Virus record (IMG/VR): IMGVR_UViG_3300042521_002455
Coordinates: 1 to 27,438 of that record
Reading direction: 5' to 3' (one strand)
Source: a virus
Lineage: Duplodnaviria; Caudoviricetes
DNA: 27,438 nucleotides
The notes under the pieces were generated by a model. That model was not told the origin of the DNA, did not search any database, and was given only the letters and a program-made list of their open reading frames with translations. The position numbers and the translations under genes are program-made. This document shows, piece by piece, positions 16,586 to 24,113 of this stretch; the stretch's first letter is position 1, and the number at the start of each line of letters is the position of its first letter.

Positions 16586-16761
16586 CGTGGATTCTCCTTA
16601 TGAAATTTCTCGATAGCCTGCGCGATTCGTTCCCACGAATCTGGGTCTGTGACTGCGAGGCGGTTGTGCGCCGTGCTGTTTTTGTTCCACCAAGCGTCGT
16701 ATTCCTTGCGGTTCTGCCAAGGGCCTACGGGCCACGCTATCGCTCTATTCGTCGTGTCCAT
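16582..16761 (-). CDS. Hypothetical protein (59 aa, not in ORF track)
   Basis: MDTTNRAIAWPVGPWQNRKEYDAWW...KFHKENPR; fills the gap, and its stop overlaps the next ATG. Confidence 0.5.
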   Translation of the reverse strand: MDTTNRAIAWPVGPWQNRKEYDAWWNKNSTAHNRLAVTDPDSWERIAQAIEKFHKENPR

Positions 16762-17096
16762 GCGTTGTATCCGGGTGGGGGCTTCCTAAAACCGCCGGGT
16801 TTTTTGATGCCGAGATGCTTGGCTTCCCGCCGCACCGCGCGGGCTATGTCGCCAACGTCCTTCGCCGTCTTGCCGCTGCGGTGGCAGCACTCTTTGCCCA
16901 GCAGCTTGCCTTCCTCGATCGTAAGCGGCTCGCGCCTGTAGACCAGCAGACCCTCGGGAATCGTGTGGTCGATCTCGTAGGGCTTCCGGCCCAGCACCAG
17001 CCCGCATCCTTCGCACGCGATCTGTCCGCTGGCGTTCATCGCCCGGTGGACGATCTCGGCCTTCTGGCGCTTGGAAAACTCACGCCGGGCGGTCAT
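16737..17096 (-). CDS. HNH-family nuclease-like protein
   Basis: CEGC...EIDHTIP...CCH Zn/HNH pattern. Confidence 0.75.
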   Translation of the reverse strand: MTARREFSKRQKAEIVHRAMNASGQIACEGCGLVLGRKPYEIDHTIPEGLLVYRREPLTIEEGKLLGKECCHRSGKTAKDVGDIARAVRREAKHLGIKKPGGFRKPPPGYNAWTRRIER

Positions 17097-17575
17097 CGGA
17101 TATGGCCCCAGCGTTCGCCGCGAACAATCTTGCTGATTTGCTGGAAGGATACCCCATACCGCTCAGCAAGTACGCTCTGCTTCTGGCTAGACGAGCGGAT
17201 CGCGCGCACATCCATTTCTGTTAAAATAGCCATGTTATGTTTTTGGCCGCGCTGGTCCCGGCCGCGCCCCTTGCGATCCCTGTCGGCCATGTTGTCGGCT
17301 GGCGTGCCGGCCCACAGATGAGCGGGATTCACGCAGGCTGGAACATCACAGGAATGGCAGATGACCTTGCCTTCGGGAATCTGGTGGGAGTTGGCAATTT
17401 CCCAAGCAACACGATGAGCCAGCAACCGCCTTCCCCAGAAAACGCGCCCGTAGCCGCTTCTGTCGATCTCCCCCGTCCATAGCCAGCAGCTATCCGGCTG
17501 CTGCCTCCTCTGGGTAAAGAAGGCCATGCGGTATTCGAGTGACTTCCCTCTCAGCACCCAGGCGCTGCGCTTCAT
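17093..17575 (-). CDS. HNH homing-type endonuclease with C-terminal HTH
   Basis: CWLWTG...GYG...AHRVAW...ICHSCDVPACVNPAHL..GT..DN; ATG 17575 overlaps the ninB stop. Confidence 0.88.
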   Translation of the reverse strand: MKRSAWVLRGKSLEYRMAFFTQRRQQPDSCWLWTGEIDRSGYGRVFWGRRLLAHRVAWEIANSHQIPEGKVICHSCDVPACVNPAHLWAGTPADNMADRDRKGRGRDQRGQKHNMAILTEMDVRAIRSSSQKQSVLAERYGVSFQQISKIVRGERWGHIR

Positions 17576-17979
17576 GGCTTGTCCTTGTGATCTAGGGAAA
17601 TGTTGTTCTGGGCGCACCAAGCGGAGACGTAGTCGATGAGGCTGGACAGCTCAGCTTTGCTCATTCGTGTTGTTGATCGTCTAAGCGCGACGAACTCATT
17701 TTCGAGCCCCGGCACGATCTCGCCGGGCCTGTTGGTCGCTTTGGAGTGGGCGGACACCATGAGCGTGCGCCAGTCGTCTATTGACCATGTGCGCCCACCC
17801 CACTTGTAGCGAGCCTTGACGATGGCCTGTAGGAGCCGATGCAGGGCCGCGTTCTGCTCTACTGAGCGGGTAGAGGGGCGGATCGTCACGACATGGCCCA
17901 AGGGCGCGCGCATCACCTCGGATTGCGCCCGCTGGTAGTCGTAGCGTTCCCGCAGTTGAATGATGCGCGCTTCGGTCAT
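17572..17979 (-). CDS. ninB: NinB/Orf-family recombination mediator
   Basis: RSVEQNAALH...DDWR...VPGLE.EFV...STTRMSKAELSSLIDYV.AW. Confidence 0.85.
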   Translation of the reverse strand: MTEARIIQLRERYDYQRAQSEVMRAPLGHVVTIRPSTRSVEQNAALHRLLQAIVKARYKWGGRTWSIDDWRTLMVSAHSKATNRPGEIVPGLENEFVALRRSTTRMSKAELSSLIDYVSAWCAQNNISLDHKDKP

Positions 17980-18770
17980 GCGGCACGGTCGCGAAGAGAG
18001 AGCCGGGCATTGTCGAGCGCGTCCTGCACCCGCTGGTGCTGGTCGGGGTAGTTCTCCTCAAGCCGGATCATGTAAGCGGCGTTCTTCTTGTCCTCCGTCC
18101 AGCCGTTCAGATCGTCGCCGGTCTGCGCAAAGTTGAGTGCCTGGATCGCCACATCGGCCCACTTCTTCGCATTGGCGGCGCCGTTCTTTTCCTTTTCGAC
18201 CTGATATGTCGAGCGCGTCTCGGTCGTCAGGCCGTCCTTGCGGGCCTCGTCCGCGAACTCGTCCGGCGACCGCATGCTGCCAGCGGGCTTCTTGAAGCTC
18301 GCGGGATCATGGTCGTATGCCGCCTGCATTTCCTCCGCTGGCGTGGTCCCAAGATCGCGGTCGATGAGGATCACGACGTGAGCGAAGGCCGACCGGCACG
18401 CCCGCGATATTGCCCGCGTCTGCGCCATCGCCCGGCGCGCGAACATGGGCCGCTTCTGCCACATCGCCTCGTCGTCGCCCAAAAAACCTTCCGCCGTGGC
18501 GATGACGTTACCGTCCGTCATGCGCCTGATCTCGCCAATGGCACGGATGCCGCCTTCGACCATCTCCACGTCGCGGGAGGATGCGACGCACCCATGCGCG
18601 ACCGCGATTGCCTGCCAGCCTTCCACGCCGACGTACCGCTTGCCTTGTATCTTGGTCGCGGTGGCTTTGACGATTTCGCCGCAGATCGTCGCGGCGTCTG
18701 TTGAGGCGCGGTACGATTCGACGCCGCTGTGCGCGTCGACGGAAGTGGGGACGAGGTCGGTGACGCTCAT
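17976..18770 (-). CDS. Putative single-strand annealing (recombinase) protein
   Basis: IQGKRYV.VEGW...AMAQTRAISRA...TTPAEEM resembles phage SSAP cores; directly upstream of ninB. Confidence 0.55.
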   Translation of the reverse strand: MSVTDLVPTSVDAHSGVESYRASTDAATICGEIVKATATKIQGKRYVGVEGWQAIAVAHGCVASSRDVEMVEGGIRAIGEIRRMTDGNVIATAEGFLGDDEAMWQKRPMFARRAMAQTRAISRACRSAFAHVVILIDRDLGTTPAEEMQAAYDHDPASFKKPAGSMRSPDEFADEARKDGLTTETRSTYQVEKEKNGAANAKKWADVAIQALNFAQTGDDLNGWTEDKKNAAYMIRLEENYPDQHQRVQDALDNARLSLRDRAA

Positions 18771-18943
18771 GTAAAGTCTCCTTGGTCTTTGGTGGGTGTT
18801 TGGCCGTCAATCAGTGCGGCGGTTTCCTGCAGCCACGCGGGCCACTGGCGCTCTCTCAGGATGTATTCGAGGGTGGCGTATGCCTCTGCCTCGCTATAGA
18901 GGGCCTGATTCGCCGCGGCCCGGAGCTTCTCTGCCAAGGTCAT
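18767..18943 (-). CDS. Hypothetical protein (58 aa, not in ORF track)
   Basis: Strong SD AAGGAGG; MTLAEKLRAAANQALY...; stop overlaps the next ATG. Confidence 0.6.
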   Translation of the reverse strand: MTLAEKLRAAANQALYSEAEAYATLEYILRERQWPAWLQETAALIDGQTPTKDQGDFT

Positions 18944-18956
18944 CGTTGATCCTCCT

Positions 18957-19064
18957 TCAATTCCACAGGCGAGCGCGTATCCAGCGGCACACCTGCCGCC
19001 ACCACGACCGGCGAGGCAGACACGGAATCACCGTGCCGCTGATGATGAGCAGGTCCTCGCGCAT
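18957..19064 (-). CDS. Small basic Trp-rich peptide (35 aa)
   Basis: TGATG coupling to the upstream gene; SD AAGGAGG. Confidence 0.45.
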   Translation of the reverse strand: MREDLLIISGTVIPCLPRRSWWRQVCRWIRARLWN

Positions 19065-19528
19065 CACAGTCCCGCCTCCTTGCGCGCGGCCTGATAGTTC
19101 CGCACGGCGTTGATGAACCCGCGCCACAGGTCGCGGCGCTTCTGCATCCAGGCGGCCCGCGTCTCGCGCTTCCAGTCCGTCCACGGCACGAAGAAGAACG
19201 GCGTCCGCTTCTCGCTCTCGTGGGCCTGAAGGTGAGACAGCCAGAGCAGGGCATCGCCTGCGTCCCGCTCGTGGGGAAACGAACCCACCTCGTCACAGTT
19301 CGGGAAATCCCAGCGATCCACCGTCACGCCAAGCTCGGCTTCGACGCGGAGATAGTCGCGCTCCCGGTGGCGAACCTCTGCCGTGCAGACGGCGGTTGCC
19401 CACTGTCGGAAGTTACCGCCTTCGATGGCGTGCGACGGGAGCGGGCGGCGCATGTGCGCCACCTTCTGGGCGAAGGACAAGTCCGACCACAAAACCGGCC
19501 GTGTCTGCGTGTAGATGAGGGCGTCCAT
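19064..19528 (-). CDS. Hypothetical protein
   Basis: 154 aa ORF in a tightly packed leftward operon. Confidence 0.65.
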   Translation of the reverse strand: MDALIYTQTRPVLWSDLSFAQKVAHMRRPLPSHAIEGGNFRQWATAVCTAEVRHRERDYLRVEAELGVTVDRWDFPNCDEVGSFPHERDAGDALLWLSHLQAHESEKRTPFFFVPWTDWKRETRAAWMQKRRDLWRGFINAVRNYQAARKEAGL

Positions 19529-19529
19529 G

Positions 19530-19730
19530 TCAGACCTTCACTTTCGGATAGATGCCGAGCAGCGAGGCGGCGCGGCGGCAGTCGCCGAGCGTGACCGTGA
19601 CGTGCCGGGGCTGCTCGTCGTCAAGATCACTGTCACCGATGGGATCGGCGGCCTTGGCGTAGGATTCGGCGAACACCGCAAGCGCGGCCTCGATCCTCTG
19701 TTCGCGGGTCATCTTGTGCTTGCTCATCAC
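19530..19730 (-). CDS. Hypothetical protein
   Basis: About 66 aa; coupled to the upstream stop. Confidence 0.6.
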   Translation of the reverse strand: MMSKHKMTREQRIEAALAVFAESYAKAADPIGDSDLDDEQPRHVTVTLGDCRRAASLLGIYPKVKV

Positions 19731-19984
19731 GCGGCCTCGTCCATCAAGCCAAGGTCGGCGGCCTCGACGGCGCGCGGCTCGGCGAAGTCGGCGGCGCGGA
19801 TGACGGAGTCAGCGATGGCGCGCGCTTCGTCCGGTGTGACGAGCATGGTGAACTCGGCACCGCCGATCACGCCGTTGCTGATTTTGACCGACACGAACCG
19901 GCAATCGCCGGTGAAGCCGGTGGCGCAGAACTTCATGCCGATGCTGGCAATGTCTGCGGGGAAGTCTTGGTTGATGGTTGCCAT
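19727..19984 (-). CDS. Hypothetical protein (85 aa)
   Basis: Start re-assigned to MATINQDF at 19984 after SD GGAGGAGG. Confidence 0.65.
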   Translation of the reverse strand: MATINQDFPADIASIGMKFCATGFTGDCRFVSVKISNGVIGGAEFTMLVTPDEARAIADSVIRAADFAEPRAVEAADLGLMDEAA

Positions 19985-20006
19985 GCTGTCCTCCTCCGGG
20001 CTTGGG

Positions 20007-20336
20007 TTAGGCGATGCGCTCGGCGAGCGCGTAGGCAAGGACATCGACGTCCTGAGCCTCGAGCCCGGCGCGCACATCGGCCGGGCTCGCCATGACCTTG
20101 GAGACGCACTGGACGGCATATAGCGCTTCGTTCTTCTGACGCTCGATGGCGCCGTGCTTGTGATCCGGGTGATAGAAGATTTCCGGCTTCAAGCCGTCCT
20201 TGGGCAGGCGGCCGAGGTGGCCTGCCTTGACTGCGGCCATTAGCTCGCGGCGAACCTGAAGCGGGATGCGGGCATTGATCACTCGCGTCGCCTGCGCACG
20301 GATCAAGTCGACGTTCGGTCCGATGATGTAGTGCAT
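20007..20336 (-). CDS. Hypothetical protein, first gene of the leftward early operon (109 aa)
   Basis: Start re-assigned to MHYIIGPN at 20336 after SD GGAGGAGG, just downstream of the PL-like promoter. Confidence 0.7.
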   Translation of the reverse strand: MHYIIGPNVDLIRAQATRVINARIPLQVRRELMAAVKAGHLGRLPKDGLKPEIFYHPDHKHGAIERQKNEALYAVQCVSKVMASPADVRAGLEAQDVDVLAYALAERIA

Positions 20337-20367
20337 TCTGTCCTCCTCCGGGTGTCCGGTGAGGAGG

Positions 20368-20421
20368 AATATGAAGACAAATTGTCTTCTTCGCAAGCAA
20401 ATAAAAAGACAATTCGTCTTC
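20368..20421 (-). promoter_or_regulatory. PL-like promoter with operators OL1 and OL2
   Basis: -35 TTGCGA (20391-20396), 17-nt spacer, -10 CATATT (20368-20373); palindrome GAAGACAAATTGTCTTC at 20373-20389; variant AAAGACAATTCGTCTTC at 20405-20421. Confidence 0.8.
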
Positions 20422-20532
20422 GCGAGAACATTTCGCGCCTGCGATGCGATGTCTTTGGGGAAACAGATACAAAATGTAGTGCCGCGCGGCCGGTTTTAGG
20501 CCGGGCCGCTCACGTTGTCGTGAGGCGGCGGC

Positions 20533-20811
20533 TTATCCCACAACGCGAAGTGTGGACGTCTTAGTCTTCGTGCGGGAGCCGGTCACAACATACTCAATAG
20601 AGGTATGGGTGACGGATGCAAGCTGTTCGAGCTTGTGAAGGGGGAACTTTGATCGGTCTTCGTACTTTGCGTAATTGGCTTTTGACAGGCCCAGCGCCTT
20701 CGCCATTTTGGCCTGGCTCCAGCCGAGGTCTGTGCGGAACGCCTTTAGGCGGATTCTGAACGCCTCGTAGAACGCGCGCTCTGATTCAGCGGCCGGATCG
20801 GTCGTGTCCAT
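20533..20811 (-). CDS. CI-like XRE-family repressor, HTH only (92 aa)
   Basis: RLKAFRTDLGWSQAKMAKALGLSKANYAKYE Cro/C1-type HTH; divergent from the cro-like gene; flanked by operators; start could be upstream (20850). Confidence 0.8.
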   Translation of the reverse strand: MDTTDPAAESERAFYEAFRIRLKAFRTDLGWSQAKMAKALGLSKANYAKYEDRSKFPLHKLEQLASVTHTSIEYVVTGSRTKTKTSTLRVVG

Positions 20812-20914
20812 GGACCGATTGTCTCCGATTAACGCAATAGTTTCCGGCACTTAGTTGTCTTCGGCGCCGGGCTGCATTTTTCCGCTTGAAAAGAAGACAA
20901 ATTGTCTTCATTCT
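20810..20914 (+). promoter_or_regulatory. PR-like promoter with operator OR1 and weaker sites
   Basis: -35 TTGAAA (20886-20891), 17-nt spacer, -10 CATTCT (20909-20914); GAAGACAAATTGTCTTC at 20893-20909 identical to OL1; degenerate sites at 20846-20862 and 20810-20826. Confidence 0.8.
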
Positions 20915-20921
20915 CACGGAC

Positions 20922-21125
20922 ATGGCAAAGCCCATTACCGACAAGAAGATCATCAACGACCTTGGTTTCGAGGCGTTGGCCGCGCTCGGGTACTCTGAGC
21001 ACAAAATCAAAAAGTGGATGCAGCGCGGCATTCCATGGAAAGAGCGCGCGAAGATTTTCGACGCCGCCAAGGCGCGCAAAGTCACGGTGCCCGCCGACTT
21101 CCTGTCCGAACGGCGTGCAGCATGA
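20922..21125 (+). CDS. Cro-like protein (67 aa)
   Basis: First gene after PR; II..LG...LAALG......KW..RGIP pattern of Cro/YdaS-like proteins. Confidence 0.75.
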   Translation: MAKPITDKKIINDLGFEALAALGYSEHKIKKWMQRGIPWKERAKIFDAAKARKVTVPADFLSERRAA

Positions 21126-21202
21126 CCCACCTCCCCGAGATCGCCGTCGTGTTCGCCTTCGCGTTTCTCATGTGGGCCTTGTTTTCGGTGGTGATGAAAT
21201 GA
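21122..21202 (+). CDS. 26-aa single-TM peptide
   Basis: ATGA overlaps at both ends; MTHLPEIAVVFAFAFLMWALFSVVMK. Confidence 0.5.
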   Translation: MTHLPEIAVVFAFAFLMWALFSVVMK

Positions 21203-21765
21203 GCGAGGGCCTGACGCATTTCGAGTGGCTTCAGGCCGAGAAGGCGCGGGTCCGGGCGCTCCTGTCCAAGCAGGCAAGCCCGGCGGCGCTGGCGCGGTTG
21301 CCCAAGCCGTTTGTGCCGACGATTGAGAAGTTGCCGCCGGTCGTGCTGGCGACGCGGGCGCACGCCACGAACTACAACAGGCAGGACGGCTCGCGCCGAT
21401 CCGCTCAGGCCCGAGGCGCCGGTAAGGACTTCAAGCCGCGCGCTCCGGTCCCTGCCGAGCATCTGCGCGATTTGGTCGATACCGTCGCCCGCCGGTTTCG
21501 GTTGAGCGGGAAGCAAGTTTCGACCGTCACCCGCGACCGGGAAGTGATCGCCGCCCGCCATGTCGTCGTGGTCACAGTCCTTGAGATAACCGGCGCGACG
21601 CAGACCAACCTTGCATCCGCGATGGGCGTTTCCCTCGACGTGGTGAAAAGCAGCCGCGCCTACGGCCAGTCGGTCATCAACAACTACTTCGGATACGCCG
21701 AGAAGTACGGCGCCGCGAAGGCCGACATTTACGCTCAGTGGCCGGAATACCGGAGGGCCGAATAA
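21199..21765 (+). CDS. Protein with DnaA C-terminal (domain IV)-like HTH
   Basis: ATG 21199; LVDTVARRFRLS...V....RDREVIAARHV...EITGA...LASAMG follows the DnaA_C pattern, divergent in the recognition helix. Confidence 0.6.
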   Translation: MSEGLTHFEWLQAEKARVRALLSKQASPAALARLPKPFVPTIEKLPPVVLATRAHATNYNRQDGSRRSAQARGAGKDFKPRAPVPAEHLRDLVDTVARRFRLSGKQVSTVTRDREVIAARHVVVVTVLEITGATQTNLASAMGVSLDVVKSSRAYGQSVINNYFGYAEKYGAAKADIYAQWPEYRRAE

Positions 21766-21980
21766 TGCCCAAGCGCGGCTGGCGTCATCCCAACGGCTAC
21801 GGCATGGCCGAGGCTCAGGCCGAGCTTGAGGAAGGCATTCACCCCGGCGTTGTTGCCTCGCGCCTTGGCGATACGGAGGAAAATGTCCGCGAGATTGCCG
21901 CTCAGCAGGGCTGGGCCATCTCGTGGAGCGGGCAGACTGCCCAGCAGATTCTCGACGCTCACGAACGAATCTACACATGA
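21765..21980 (+). CDS. Hypothetical small HTH-like protein
   Basis: TAATG coupling; VVASRLGDTEENVREIA. Confidence 0.55.
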   Translation: MPKRGWRHPNGYGMAEAQAELEEGIHPGVVASRLGDTEENVREIAAQQGWAISWSGQTAQQILDAHERIYT

Positions 21981-22274
21981 GCGGCTCACTTTCCCCCGCT
22001 GGCCTGCATAGCTTTCCGAACAGGTCCAGCACTGGCCGCGCGTTGAATTGGGTCACGCGCGGCCAGTCCCTTTGCAACCCCGACCGCGCTGGCTCCTCCC
22101 GTCAGCACCTCCTTGACGGTCGGCAACCTAGAGGCGGCGTCTTGGGGCGTCGCCTCCCCTTTCCTCTGCGCAGCGAGCTTGCCGGCGACCCTGCGCAGGA
22201 CTTCACCAAGTCGTTCGGTTCGGTAGCTCCTTCGATCTTCGGCGTTCGTCATGAACGTCAACGTAGGAGCGAAA

Positions 22275-22676
22275 ATGTCCGGTTTCCCGAACAAGCCTTC
22301 CAAGCATCAGGAGATGTCTGCCGTGAGCGCGACCGTTAGAGCGCGTGACATGCTTTGCGACCTGTCCGGCCCGCGTGGGTGGAACGACACGCGCGAGTCA
22401 TGGCTGGCACGCGGCGCACGAAAGGCGGGCCTGTCTGCCCGTCGCGCCCGTGCGCTGTTTTACGCCGAACCCATCCGCCTCAGCGCGGACGAATATCTAG
22501 CAATCGAGAAAGCATATGAAATTGCTCGCGACTCTCTGGCGACGATATCAGCACTGGCGCGCGATGCGGATGCTAAGGCGGGTTGTGCGCCTGAAGGACG
22601 AGGCCGAGCAGCTATACGCGACGGCGAACCGGCTGTTGAGACGGAATGTCCGTTCCCCGCTTCCCCTGTTCGATAG
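22275..22676 (+). CDS. Putative CII-position transcriptional regulator
   Basis: SD AGGAG before ATG 22275 (alternative 22314); helical WLARGARKAGLSARRARALFYAE HTH-like core. Confidence 0.55.
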   Translation: MSGFPNKPSKHQEMSAVSATVRARDMLCDLSGPRGWNDTRESWLARGARKAGLSARRARALFYAEPIRLSADEYLAIEKAYEIARDSLATISALARDADAKAGCAPEGRGRAAIRDGEPAVETECPFPASPVR

Positions 22677-22688
22677 GGAGCCGCGCTC

Positions 22689-22892
22689 ATGAACCGCCCC
22701 GCCGACATTCTTCGCGCTGAGGCGGTTCGCCTCTTGGAAGCCGAGAAGGCCGCTCCAGGCACACCCGCCGGCAAGCGCTGGTTCACGCGCAAGCAACTGT
22801 TCGAGCGTGCCGAGCATCTTGGCTTCGACGCCAGAACGGAAGCCAGCGCCCGCGTGGACGAGGCTTTGACACAAGCGGGGACGACGCCATGA
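22689..22892 (+). CDS. Hypothetical protein
   Basis: SD GGGAG; ATGA overlap with the next gene. Confidence 0.6.
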   Translation: MNRPADILRAEAVRLLEAEKAAPGTPAGKRWFTRKQLFERAEHLGFDARTEASARVDEALTQAGTTP

Positions 22893-23419
22893 CCATCGGA
22901 CACAACACAGGCGATAACCGCCTGAAGTCATTAGCCGACCGCATCGAACGCCTGATGGACGAGCGCGACGGCATCCAGTCGGATATTCGCGACATCTACA
23001 CGGAAGCCAAGAGCGCCGGCTATGTCCCGAAGGTCCTCCGGAAGGCCATCACGCGCAAGCGCATGGACCCGGACAAGCGGAGCGAAGAGGACATGATACT
23101 AGACTTGTACGAGGACGCGCTGAGCCCTTCCATGCGCCGCGCGGTTGCGATGGCGAAGTCTGGCGCGACCTCGCGCGAGATTGAGACGGAAACCGGGATC
23201 GACCATGCCACGGTCGCGCGGTCCGTCTCACTAAATAAAAAATCTGAGACAGAGATTGCGGCCCCGCAGGGTTTGTCCTTGCCCACGGCACCGCAGGCAG
23301 TTGGCGTTGCCGCGCCAACTACCGCGCCAGCCTCGCGAAATGGCGGGGTAGAGGTTGGCAATTATTCCGACGACGACATGCCAGACCAGCCCGCATTCCT
23401 GCGGAGGGGTGCAGCATGA
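22889..23419 (+). CDS. GapR/DUF2312-family DNA-binding protein with C-terminal HTH, disordered linker and PAFLRR tail
   Basis: IGHN...RLKS..DRIERL.DE...I..DIRDIY.EAKS.GY..K.LR..I..R.MD...R.E...ILDLY..AL matches GapR over aa 1-78. Confidence 0.85.
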   Translation: MTIGHNTGDNRLKSLADRIERLMDERDGIQSDIRDIYTEAKSAGYVPKVLRKAITRKRMDPDKRSEEDMILDLYEDALSPSMRRAVAMAKSGATSREIETETGIDHATVARSVSLNKKSETEIAAPQGLSLPTAPQAVGVAAPTTAPASRNGGVEVGNYSDDDMPDQPAFLRRGAA

Positions 23420-23559
23420 CCATCCGCGAAGCCGAGGCAGAGGTGCGGAAGATGCGTAGATGGAAGCGCAAGGCGGGACCCGGCTTCCGCCAGAAGGCAG
23501 ACGCCGCCCTGAGAGAGGCGGTCAAGGCTGCCCTCATTGCCGCCGCGAAGGGGCGATAG
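23416..23559 (+). CDS. Small basic hypothetical protein (47 aa, not in ORF track)
   Basis: ATGA overlap, SD GGAGG; stop abuts the next ATG. Confidence 0.55.
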   Translation: MTIREAEAEVRKMRRWKRKAGPGFRQKADAALREAVKAALIAAAKGR

Positions 23560-23970
23560 ATGGCGCGCAAGCGACCCGAGCAGGCTTTGCAGATCGCCCT
23601 GGCGAAGTACCTGAAGCACGCCCTTCGCGCGCCGACGTACTGGACCAGCGTTGACGCGGGCGCAGGGAAGATGACGGCGGCATCGGCCGGGCTCCGCAAG
23701 GCGCGCGGCGTCAAGGCGGGTTTCCCCGACGTGCTGGTCATGCACCCGCTGGGCCTCAACACGCTTGTCGTCGGCATCGAGTTGAAGGCGAAGAAGGGCC
23801 GACTGTCGGATGCACAGGCCGCGACCTGCGAGGCCCTGTGGGCGGCAAACGCGCGGTACGTCGAGTGCCGTTCGCTGGAGGAAGTGCAGCGGTGCCTGGA
23901 GCGCGCTGGCGTCCCCCTGCACGGCTATGTCGCTGGCACGCGACCATCAGAGCAGGAGAGGGCGGCGTAG
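23560..23970 (+). CDS. VRR-NUC-like PD-(D/E)XK nuclease
   Basis: E..LQ...GVKAGFPDVLV...IELKAKKGRLSDAQ. Confidence 0.8.
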   Translation: MARKRPEQALQIALAKYLKHALRAPTYWTSVDAGAGKMTAASAGLRKARGVKAGFPDVLVMHPLGLNTLVVGIELKAKKGRLSDAQAATCEALWAANARYVECRSLEEVQRCLERAGVPLHGYVAGTRPSEQERAA

Positions 23971-23972
23971 CC

Positions 23973-24113
23973 ATGACCCGAACACCTGAAGAACGGCGCA
24001 GGGTCTATGGCGGGCGAATAGGAAGGCATCCTCGCCACGCTTGGGATAAGCGGCAAACCGCAATCTTTGCGCTGGTATCCCCCTCCCATCCGGTTGCAGA
24101 GAATAGTCGATGA
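23973..24113 (+). CDS. Hypothetical protein (46 aa)
   Basis: Fills the gap; stop overlaps the next ATG. Confidence 0.4.
   Translation: MTRTPEERRRVYGGRIGRHPRHAWDKRQTAIFALVSPSHPVAENSR

Noticed and set aside
21977-22339. Competing ORFs on both strands (plus 21977..22339; minus 21986..22303)
   Set aside because: Neither has a recognisable domain, and I cannot decide from sequence alone which, if either, is real.
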